A stretch of 64,000 bases of DNA from Tubiluchus corallicola (taxonomy: Eukaryota > Animalia > Priapulida): the NCBI GenBank assembly GCA_030141605.1, contig JAQGDQ010002378.1, positions 1 to 64,000 of the forward strand. The letters are read 5' to 3'. The position numbers and the translations under genes are program-made. Position 1 is the first letter of the stretch. Every line of letters starts with the position of its first letter. Shown one piece after another: positions 12,701 through 24,609 of the stretch. The notes beneath the pieces were generated by a model. That model was not told the DNA's origin and ran no database searches. It was given only the letters and a program-made list of their open reading frames with translations.

Positions 12701-15700
12701 ATCCGGTGCTCTTGCCTCCAACATCTCCCTGAAAATAAATGTATCTTTATTGCTTCATCATGAATGACAGAATTAGCTTGTTGCTCACAGTGTGTCATTA
12801 GCTGCAAAATTAAGCAACATGGGACCTGCTCACTAAATGAATTGATAGTCATTTAAAAAACTGGTTGCCGGTTGCCCCCACTCACTATTAACCTGAGTGA
12901 CAAAGAACGTACAATGTATATGCATTCGAACATGGTGATGATACTTTTATTCATTAGTATTGAAGATACTAATCTTTGCAACTGTCGTATATGTTAAGTA
13001 TATTAAGCATTATACAGACAATGGCATGTTTGTGGCATTGTAAAAGGGCAATGGTTCAGTGTTCGACAAAGCTAAGCAAGTTACTGATAGCCAAGGCATA
13101 GTACTTTCATGTTTTTTTTCGTTTGAATAGATGGCGCTTCCTGCAGGAGTAACTATTTCTCAAAAATAGACCTCTTTTGATGATTTTTGGGTTATAACTC
13201 AGGAGGGTCACAGGGTCACAACCTGAGGTGGCCCTCTACCCTAACTACAAGCATACTAAATTTGGTGGACTAGCTATGTATATTTTTAAGTTATTCCAAA
13301 AAGGTGCATATCTCGGAAACTAAACATCTCAGAATGAAAATAACAGCAGATTCTGAATGTTAAATTTTCGATTGGACTCGCGATTTTGGCACAGTGCATC
13401 AGATTCATCATTTCAGTGCAAATCCAGTGATATATGGCACGCTCTGTAGGATTTATATCTTCCGTTCACAAAGCATTTAAAGCGTCAAGTCTTCATTGTT
13501 AATCATTATTAACCTAACGAAGTGGACTGGCAAAAAAGTGGACCGGCAAAAAAGAAGACTGGCAAAAAAGAAAACTGGCAAAAAAGTAGAATGGCGAAAA
13601 AGTAGACTGGCGAAAAAGAAGACTGGCGAAAAAGAAAATCGGCGAAAAAGAAAACCGGCAAAAAGAAGACTGGCGAAAAAGTGGACCGGGGAAAAAGTGG
13701 ACCGGGGAAAAAGTGGACCGGCAAAAAAGTGGACCGGCGAAAAAGAAAACTGGCGAAAAAGTAGACTGGCGAAAAAGTAGACTGGCAAAAAATAGACTGG
13801 CGAAAAAGAAGACTGGCGAAAAAGAAGACTGGCGAAAAAGAAAACTGGCAAAAAAGAAGACTGGCAAAAAAGTGGACCGGCGAAAAAGAAAACTGGCGAA
13901 AAAGTAGACTGGCGAAAAAGTAGACTGGCAAAAAATAGACTGGCGAAAAAGAAGACTGGCGAAAAAGAAGACTGGCGAAAAAGAAAACTGGCAAAAAAGA
14001 AGACTGGCGAAAAAGTGGAATGGCGAAAAATAAAACTGGCAAAAAATAGACTAGCAAAAAAGAAGACTGGCGAAAAAGTGGAGAGGTGAAAAAGTGGAAT
14101 GGCGAAAAAGAAAACTGGCAAAAAATAGACTAGCGAAAAAGTAGACTGGCAAAAAAGTAGACTAGCAAAAAAGTAGACTGGTGAAAAAGTAGACTGGCAA
14201 AAAGATAACTGGCAAAGTGGGGGATTACCTTTCTGGACACTGTACAATACAACCACAAGCAGCACAGCAAAGATTACAAAAGAAGTAGACTAAAAATAAC
14301 ACATTTTAGCACAATGCTAAGAGCACCAGACATGCAGCAAACATGTACTTGCTACTCACATAACTTTTTCCTTTTACCTGAAGGTAAAACACACACACAC
14401 ATGAAGCCTTATACTTACAACAATAATAACATCAATGACTAATGAATGAAGAATGAGACAATGAAAAATTTTCATCCAATCAGAATTTGAACCCAACAAT
14501 GGACTGAAACATAGTGTATTTTAAATTCTTTTTCATGTAAGTAGAGCTCCTGCCAAAAGTTAAAAAGTAGACTGTCTTCAGCTTTTGTTAATTGATTTCT
14601 ACACATAACTGTACATATCCCATAATTCAATGGGGAGTGTGATGTATTAGCAACTTAATAGACCAAATTTGAAGTTAAATAAGTAAAACAGGACTTTATA
14701 GCAAACAAATAAACAAACATACACAAACACACTTCATAGAAATAGAGATTAATTGCAGATTTGTACAATTTGCAGCAATTTTATAGTATGTATAATAACA
14801 TGAAAGCTAATGAAAAGTGCAAAACGAATGACACACGACAAACCAAATAAAAAATTATCAACATGCACACCTGGACACAGAATCTTGAAGACACACAATC
14901 ATTTGTTGTATAACAGGAGCATACTCCACATCAACAATAGGTAAATCTCCAACAAGTACCTGTATTATAAAAAACATTCACATAAGATTCTACAGTGTAT
15001 TAAAGTTCGGACCAAAATACTTTTTACAAAGAAGAATTTAGATGACTTGACTGTTGCAAGAATGTTGATATTTTGTCGCACTGCTTTTGAGAGTAATGAA
15101 GCATTCATACTAACAAATTTTCTCGCCAAGTAACTCGCAAGCACGTTCAGACTAAAGAACAAAATTCTCCAACATGAAGTAAGCACCAGCTGATACTCCT
15201 CCTCTATTCACTGGGAGCCGTGTCAAGAGTAACTCGCTGAGACTGTTCACACTAAACAGGAAATCATTTCGTAGCAACTGTCTGAAAGTGTGCAATGACT
15301 TGTCGATAGTAACTCGCAAAGCAGTTCACACTTGCAAGTTTGGTGTTAGAGAAAAACTCCCAACAGAAAACTCGCTAGTCTGAATGCACCCTTAGTTTTA
15401 TCATAGCGGCATTGTCTCGTATCTTTAATCTGTGGATTTCTAAATTTAATGCACAGAATGTCAGGTTAGTAATTGTGATAGTTGTTTGCTAAACTTCAAC
15501 TAGTCCTATTGTAGGAGTGCTATGCAATCTAGAATCACCGAAAAGAGTGATATGATATATTTTACTATATTATGTAACAGTGCGTGTGTGTGGGTGTGTG
15601 TGTGCGCGTGCGTGCATGCACGTGTGTGTAACAGCCAGTAAAAAGAAACATTAAAGTAACAGCAAGTGCTTCACTGCCACCATTACTGTAACCCCCCACC

Positions 15701-18700
15701 CCCCCACCCCCATCCCACCTTTGAATAGTTTCCATGTTCCTCTCATGCTGTCTCCCCTCTTCAGGCAAATTCGAAAACTGAATAGGATTAATTAAAACAC
15801 CAAAAAATTGTCATAAAAGGCAAGAAAGCCCTTTACTTACATAAAGCTAGAAAATGTGTCTTTTCTATTTACATGAGTATTGCAGGCAAGAAAGCGTAAT
15901 ACTAAGTAATACAAGTAAGATAATACTAAGTAATATGCCTTCAAAAAAGTCTGTGCAAAGATGCAATTTAGCTATTGGCCAAAAAAAAACAGCCCATATG
16001 ATACATTTGAAAAACATGGCCAGCACACACAGTTAAAACAAGTAACGCCGGAAATTTCCTAAAATACATAAATATACCAAGGCGTCAGAATGTCTTCCAA
16101 ACTGTCAACCACCTACCTGCTAAAAGCTTCAATGATAAAATTACTTACAACAAAAACCCAGGCAAACTTGTTTTACAGGTCATTCAAAACAGTAGGTACC
16201 TTTAAAAGATCTTTAACATTTTCCTTGTTAACACTAATAGTTGGATTAGCAGGAAAATCTAGCAGAATAAAATTGTCCTCTTTTTTTCTGGCAACAAGTG
16301 GTCCACTTAGCGTATCAAATGTAATCTCTGTAAATTCGTTACCTGTAATAATTTACATAGCTGTAGATATATTCACTAGCTGCCTTTTAATTTCAGACCC
16401 CCCTATCATAATGATTATCAATTTCACAAATATTTAGAGCCTAATCGTAGCATTAGTGGATTAGCAATACAATCAAATATTGCAATGCCTAATTGTAATT
16501 TCATTATTGGAATAGAATATGGTTTAGAATATGGTTAACAGGCACTATTTTCCTTTTCCAATTTTTTAAAGTGCAGATGAAAAGAAGGGAAAGCTGACAG
16601 TCTCCTAAGAAAATGCCAAATATGATGAGAACTGAAAACAGCGGAATGCTTTAAGTCCTAAAATGCAAAAAAGGCACACAATCTAAAAAAACAATAGAAG
16701 AAAAAAAGCAAAACTGCATGGAAGCTTATTTGAAGTAAACGCATTAGCACACAAATAAATTCACAGTGAATTCGTTTGGTATTAGGTTGGCAAATAAAAA
16801 CTCCCTGATTTTCAAGACAACGTGAAAAATACTTAAGGGATCGACATAGAAGCCAGAGCCATACCGCTTCAGCTCAGCTCCAGTCGGTTTATTTCTACAG
16901 GCGACCTAGCAGATAAGAAACCCAGCTTTAGTCGTGCCAGCCGCTCGGTGACGGAAGTCGAGGTAGCTGACATTTTTGCCAGCTGTGAAGATTTTTGCTC
17001 TTGCGAACAAGTCACTGGCATAGCAGTGTCCAGTTTTTTTGCTAGATTACTGCTGTGTTTACCTGTTTTGAGGGCAGATTTCTTTTATTTTAGAGTTCTG
17101 CCTGCCCAATGTCTACAATTGACATAACGGGCTTATGATGATGATGAAATCACTGGTCGCAATGCGGTCATATTGTACGTGTGCTGGCAGAGATACTAAA
17201 CTTCAGAAATATTTGAATGAGAAAGCAGTCAATTCAAAATTAAATAAAATGCACAAATAGGCAACATTAGCCACACGTATTGGATCATTTTGGTATTTTA
17301 GTATTGATTTGTTGGTAATCCAGATAAGCCTTGCCAAGGGTTGGATTTAAATTATATTTGCAATAAATCCATTGCTAGAGTTGCCAGATTATAAGCCAGG
17401 AGATTTTTTTTAACATTGTGAGTACATAAAATATGAGAGATATAGAGAGATATATGGCATATAAAGGGGTGTGCTGTCGAATCACTTAAGCCAGTTCACA
17501 AATAAAACTATTCAAACTAACGCTAAATTGTTGCTGCAGGACATAAGAATCAAAATCTGTCATTCTTAATGGTGAACTCCAGCTGGCTGATTTACTGTGA
17601 GTGTCAGCTGATGTAGTAGCACTGACTCAGGTTCAGCTTCTAGATTTACATTTCTGTCCTGCTTAGCAAACTTACCAACACAAGAGAAAAGCACCGTGGC
17701 AGCAGCAAGAGTGGCATGACCACACAGTTGGATTTCACAGGCAGGGGTAAACCATCGCAGGCCAAACCGGGAAGAATTCTTGAACGAATCGTTTTCTGTT
17801 GGCAGTGCAATGAAACAGGTTTCCGACAAGTTCATTTCGAAAGCAATTTTTTGCATTTTTGCATCGTCGATTACCTAAAATAGAATAACCGAATGACTAT
17901 ATACATCACAATGTCTACAGCCATTTAATAATATAACCCAAGAAATGCAGATTACACCACAATTCAACTAATAAAAACAACACAGCCTTCGGACTGTTTG
18001 GAATAGATTTTGAACATATAACATATCTCCTGTTTTGTACAGTTCAAATAATACTCAGAATATCTATTCGAATTGCAGAAAGAAACTACAAAGCCTCCGT
18101 AGAAACGGAAACAACAACAACAACAACAACAAAATGCATTTTCTGCATTGATACTCATTGTAATTGTCACTTAAAATTATACTAAATCTTCATGAAAAAC
18201 ACCTACTATTATAATAGATCCAAATACAAACATAACTTAAAGGCACAGTCACCATTATCCTGACATTATTATGACTGATGTTATAAGTTTAATTGATTAC
18301 AAATTGATTTCAGCTGTGACTAAATGGACACTTTTGTTTTCAACTAACTTGTTAAATTTGTTTCAATATTTCTAAAAATAAACCAGTGATTTTTATTATG
18401 CAAGCCTGCGATTTAAATATTATAATATAATGATTTATTTATTGTAACACAGTTAATTCATTGAGTTAATCACATAAATAAATAACAAAAACATTATCAG
18501 TTAGTAGTTAAAAACTCATATCTTTACATAAATAAGAGTGCGATTAAGACACATACATTGACTGAGTTTGTGCTACAGGACCACAAGTTATTTGCAGTGA
18601 AGAACAGTGCAATAAAAATAGCTGAAAACAAATTAAGACGAAAAGTTTGTTAATGACAGATCATCATTAATTTACCTGATTGTGTGACACTAGACATACA

Positions 18701-18786
18701 GCAGCAGCATTTCCAGCAAATGCCTGGCTTGTGAAAGCATCCACCACATATAAAGGCAAAGTGCATCCCTTATTTAAACTTGTCAT
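9738..18786 (-). CDS. PBLD: PBLD / PhzF-family protein, copy 2, complete, 7 coding exons, 296 aa
   Basis: Exons 18786-18676, 17874-17676, 16342-16200, 14959-14871, 12728-12556 (..YDFYSRCFFPWDGLLEDPVCG), 11376-11314 (SAHTVFGCYWQKVLGKSTFQ) and 9850-9738 (ARQCSKRGGDV..IEGKIHL*). Lengths 111+199+143+89+173+63+113 = 891 nt, open frame, canonical splice sites. Confidence 0.93.
13520..14216. repeat. 16-bp purine-rich minisatellite, consensus ~GACTGGCGAAAAAGAA/GACTGGCGAAAAAGTA, about 43 units, PBLD copy 2 intron 4
   Basis: Direct tandem repeat visible in the sequence; it explains the overlapping Phe- and Lys-rich ORFs with 16-aa periodicity. Confidence 0.92.
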
Positions 18787-21700
18787 CTTGGTCTGTTGAG
18801 TAGAAACTAATGGCAAATATGCAGCTACAAATTTTGAATATAGTATGATGTCTGTATCAAATTGCCTAATGTACATGTTAGATCATAAATCTGTACCAAA
18901 AACCTAAATACGTCAGCCTAGTTGACAGCCTCTTGGTTTTTTGTCGTTTCAAGAGCTTTATGCAATACCATAGGAAGAGGAGGTAATCTTACTGTTAGTG
19001 TGTGCCCAATCCAAAGCAATTTTCTTACTTGTATTTGTCTACTACCAGGAATCTTCTTGACTGCATTATACAGATCATCATTGGATATTCTATCAGGCGA
19101 TTTAATTGCGAGTAATTTCCTATAGAGACGTCTTCGAAAAGCATCAACTGTCCTTCTGTTGCTTAACTTTTATTGTCCATAGCTCAGCAGTGTACAAAAA
19201 CACAGATTCAACTAAAGTTGAAAGAATCCGGACTCTGGTTTCAAGAGAAAGTCTATTGTTATCAAAAATCATTGAGATATGTGAATAAGCAGACAATTTA
19301 AGAATTTTCCTTCTTTGTATGTGGGCATCGGTGTCTTACAAGTTACCAAGTTATTTACATCTTTTCCACGAATCATTACCGCATCTTCAATTTCAATTTT
19401 GTTCTATTGCACAAATACAATAGCGTATCATGGCAAAAAATTACAATTGCAAAAAAGTCAAAGTACAAGAAACACGAAAAACAACAAATACAGATGCAAT
19501 TATGCAACATTGCAAAACCACGAGTTTGTACAACTTACTTAAATCTAATAAGAAATTATGTGCTCTTACGAAATAAAACTTTATGCTACAACTACAAAGT
19601 AGTAGTAAAAACACAAAACCTAAATAATTAATATAATCACAAACGAGATTAAATTACACAATCACAGCACAAGGTTTATCCAGCACTCACAGATTACCAC
19701 CAAGATATAACTGCCTTTTTTATCACATTCATTTAAGCAGTTTCCAAAGTGAATAAGGTCTTCTGGGTTTGCAATTAGAAAAAAACCACATTACTGAGTA
19801 TATGTTACCTTTTTGCAAAGATATATTTATGCTCATATTTTTGTCTAATATCTTTATACAAAAGACAAGTAAAAAGGTAATATAATTTGTTTTCTACTAA
19901 TTTTGAGCTATTGTTGTGACAGTATTGACAAAGCCTTTCATGCCCTTTTTTATTTTGATATCTAAATCGTTCTATTTCCAGGTCATATTCGCTGTTATGT
20001 AATTTCGTAATCATTTGTCGCTGTTTCTCATTAGAAATAATTTTGAAATAATCTTCTAATTCATTATTGATTTTTACATATCTATAAAATCTTAGTTTGT
20101 TTTTGCCATCACTGTGTCTAGGATCATTATGTAGCTTTGTAAAAAATAGTTTTCTGTACATTGATTTAAGTTTATTACAAAATTCTTTTAATATGCAATT
20201 CAGATGCATTTTATCAATTTCATCTACACCACATGTTTGAAATCCTGGAAAATTTGCCCATTTTTGTACAAAGCTGTTTCACTTCTTCATGAGACTGGTA
20301 ACTATACACATTTTTAAATAATGTATTCCTTGACTTTATCTGTGTCATTAAAAGATATTTAGGAAGAATTGTTGATGTTTAAATTAGCAGTGGGTATAAC
20401 GTATTCTTTGGTCTTTGTATTGTTCACTTTAAGATTATATTTTTCTATACGACGACTGTTGTACATTTTACATCTTGCAGTTCCTCAACTTCCTCTATGT
20501 CATGTCGCGGCAGTTGCGGTTCTCCAGTAAGCACATGTTGTTTCGTTGTTTCCTCGGTGTTAACTCTATCTGGTTAGATAGGCACAAAGGAATGTTACCG
20601 CGCAAGACACAAGTAACGTAATCAGCATTGATGCTAATCAACCATTTATGACTATTATTATTGTAGCTAAATTTCCAGCACGACACCTCTTCTTTTTCTT
20701 GTTTCCATTGCTATTTGAACAAATTCCACCTACTGCTTTGCTATTTGTGCATCTTCTGACTCAATCAGACTTTGGAAATTTACTTCTGTAGTTGGTAGCA
20801 CATTTCTTATAACAATCTAAATAGATCCTGTCTTTACCATATAGCGGACACCATATATCTCCTTTAAACTTACTTCTATAATTACATTTTAGTGGTAGCA
20901 TATTAAGCTTTATCTCTAAAACCCTTTTTGTCTGTTCTAGTGTTAACTCAGTTATATACTGCTTGGGTTTATCGTGCTCAGCTCATAAGATAAAAACCTT
21001 AACTTAGTTCTTGAGTATATCTGGTGATGTGCAGTAATTTTAATAATTTTTTTACGTTTTCTTTTACATGTTTCTTCCAGGTTAACTTTTTAAGAGTCTT
21101 AATATGCCCAAAGTGTATACCTACAGTATATACTTATGTACACTGTTCTATTAGCATACCCCTATAACTAGTTGACACCTTCTGTGATAAATTACTAGTT
21201 TTTGTAACATATCCTTCTGAATTTCTTCCATCCTACCCATTTCTACTTTTGTTACTTCACTCCATGTTTCTGTATTATAAATCACTAGTATCATAACTGA
21301 CTGTAAGAGGTTCAGCCTTATCTGTATTGCAAACCTACCAATTTTGTTTATATCACTCAAATTTAAAATATCCCTCACGATGCATCCCACTTTTTCACAC
21401 ATCCCACAACGGGATATCTTCAACAGGAAAACCGATCGTTTGGCAACGCGTTGACAGCGTATTTACGACGACTCTCATATCAGACACCTAGGGCTAGGCT
21501 TGGTTAAGCTCATTTTGCTAGTAATTTAGTATTAACAATGTTAATTTTTTTAACGATAAATTGCTGCCATGATCATTTATTAATTTTAGCAAGACTTAAA
21601 TAATTGCTTGCATAGTAGGTGAGCATTTCTCTTATTTGTCAATAAGAAATTTTTTTAAAGCAGCCTAACACGAAAAAACTTTACCATAAATATGTATTAC

Positions 21701-23762
21701 GCACATAAACTGACACCTAAAATGAGATTAAATAAAGTAGAATGTTAACAAACTACCACTTCTTCTGTAAAAAAACAAAACAAATTGCATAACTTTATAA
21801 CAAAAATCACAACAAATTACGCAAAATAACATCAGCTAACAACAAAAAGAGGCTGTGATTAAGTAAAGTGCATGAAGGAAACAGTGAAAGTGCATTTGAT
21901 AAGTCACATCAACTGAGACAGCAACAAGATTTATCAACTTTTTGACTTTTTCCAATTTTTATTTATTATACAATGAGTAGCATCACCTGCACTTAGTATG
22001 ATATCTTATGAGTTCACTTCTTCATTTCTACACATTTTGGTACTCTGTCAACTGGTAATAGTAAATCATTTTATCGTACAGTTATTGTAAGCTATTGTAT
22101 AGAAAACTCTCACACGTAGCTGTTCTTACTGTTGAGACAGACCTCATGCAACAATTTAAGTGTTCTTAGAGATTGTGTACATGCGAGTTTGATGTGACAA
22201 AAGAAACAAGCAAGATTCTAACATATTATTGGCTGCATATTGTTTCCAAATTAAAGTTTTTATTAAATAAAATATGCAGTAATATAACTTTTGATCACTG
22301 ACTTCCAGAAATCTTAAGTGTGGCAATGAGCTATTCTGATAAATTTATATTGCTTCATGATATCTAACATATACAACATTAGAATTGTACTATAAAATGC
22401 CCCCTTATTCTTGCCAGGAATTTAAACATATAAGGAACTGCATTTTCTGCTTTGAGTTCATTTATTGTAACACAGAAACATAGTTAAAGTTTAAATAAAC
22501 AAGAATAATCTCATTAAACAAACAAAAATAATTTCATTTTAATTATTCAATCCACGATTTATACAGCTATAAATATAACTGTAATCAAAAAGTATAGCTT
22601 AGCGCATCTGTAACTTCGTAATCTGCTTTAAGCAGAAACCTGTTAACTTATTTCCTATCCTGTTTCATCCTGTTTACAAAAAATATAATTTCATCTTAAT
22701 GTGGACTTGGTCGATTTATAAAGCCACAAAAATTACTGTAATCAAATAACACAGCAGTAACTTGATAATCCACTTTAAGCAGAAACATATTAACTTATTT
22801 GGCACAATTTACACAATAATGCTGTATTTTCATTCAAATATAGAAATTGCATGGCGCATATAACCGCCATTATTATAGTCCTAAGCCGCTTTAACCGAGA
22901 ACAAGTTAATTTATTTGGCACAATTGATAAAATATCACTCAATCCTCTACCCTAATAAAGCAACAATGTGGCACATTTAAATTCTAAAATATAAAACCTA
23001 CAATAATTAACTTCAGAAATGGGCAAAAAAGGTAAGGTCAACTTTGGTCCATAAGTAAAACTTCCCAAATGCATAACAATAGTGGTGTAGTCTAGCTGGT
23101 ATATAGAGAAAAGATAGTATACATCAACAACAACAAAAACGTCCATCCCACTTAGTGCATAGAACATAAAATAATATTTCTATTAAAACTGCACATAATC
23201 CTTTGACTAAAATTGTAAAATTATTATAGGGAACAACACTATTTCAGAATTCCACTCAGTTCACTACATGCTAAAAGCTTATTTTAATTTTCCCTTAAAA
23301 GGAGCATTTCTAATTAAAAACACAACAATGATAAAATAATCACTGATCATAAGAGAACATTATACACCATTCTATTTTCCCTTAAAGGAACTCTTTTTTA
23401 TATTAACTACGCACTGCTACAGTTCTACCTTCGTTCTATTTTCTAGCACTTACCTGACATGAAAATGATAAACAGGGTTGCTTTTTATATGATAATTATT
23501 CGAATATACGATAATTTGATGCTTCATACCATACAAAAAAAACAGACTGTACGATAACAGATAATTATACGATAATTTAGACAAAAAACATTACTGCTTA
23601 CCAGGGGAAAGTAAACAAATTTTGACTTCGTTGTAATCCAAACCATGCTGGTCGCAATTAGTGGTCAAAGTTTTCAGAAAAAAGCAGTAATTTCAAAAGA
23701 GACTGGTAGCGACATTCTACTGTGTTTTGATAAACTTAATTTTACACTTGCTAATGGTACTT

Positions 23763-24393
23763 GTTATCTCTCAGGCCAGCTTGGGTACAGTGAAGCCAGG
23801 TGTTTTGATTCTAGAGTGTCATTATTCATTTTGCATTACCTGTAGAGTTTGTTTGACATGCTTGGCCGCTCTTGTATGAGTGGTTAGATAGCCTTAGAAT
23901 AGGAAAAAATTGTGTTTTTAGTGGTATAGTAGTTGTGAAGTCAGTATGCCACCGTTGTAGAATCAGTATGTCTCTGTTAATTTCTGAAGACTGGCTTAAA
24001 GTTTTTTCTACAGATCCTCAAACGTTTGTAAGTTCTTATGTTTCTTCATTTTTATGCAGAACTTTGCAGTAATTTATTTGTCAGCTTGGTAGTTTCTAAT
24101 AGTGTTACGGTGATGCCTAATTATTGTTTTTTTTTTGCAACTGCATATGCATATGCGTGTTTTTGTGTAGGCGTGCATGCTGATTTGTGATATGTCAGGA
24201 AGTTTATTTATTAGTAAATTCTGCTTCAGTATGCTTGTTAATTTGCTAATGCTTGTTCCTTTATTTATTTTTTGCATGTCTGTTATGGATTTACTTTTGT
24301 TTCATGTTCTTTTTTCTTGTTTCTCTTGCAGTTTCACCTTTTTTACAATGAGTGGAAAATAAAATCTGTAAAACAAATAGCCAGTTTTCTACA
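23763..24393 (-). mobile_element. Insertion with GTACTT target-site duplication, possibly a degenerate LINE fragment
   Basis: Absent from the homologous site at ~9521 (ggtactttttggtg); GTACTT occurs at 23757-23762 and 24394-24399. Confidence 0.5.
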
Positions 24394-24609
24394 GTACTTT
24401 TTGGTGTTATGGTTACTTATTAAATGCATAATTATACAATAATAATAACAATTTGCTGCAAATACACAGAAATTTTGAATTTTGCATGAAGATGCGATAA
24501 TATGGTGGAAAATACTATAATTTTTAGCTTCCAAAACAATAATCTTTATCAACCAGAATGGCAACACTGTGATAAAGCAATCAGATAAAGTACGATTCCA
24601 TGATTTAGA

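Noticed and set aside
13520-14216. CRISPR-like regular array
   Set aside because: Contiguous tandem units without unique spacers, eukaryotic intron context, no cas genes.
13477-14265. Overlapping 262/182/117/94-aa Phe- or Lys-rich ORFs
   Set aside because: By-products of the 16-bp minisatellite being stop-poor in several frames; no coding signature.
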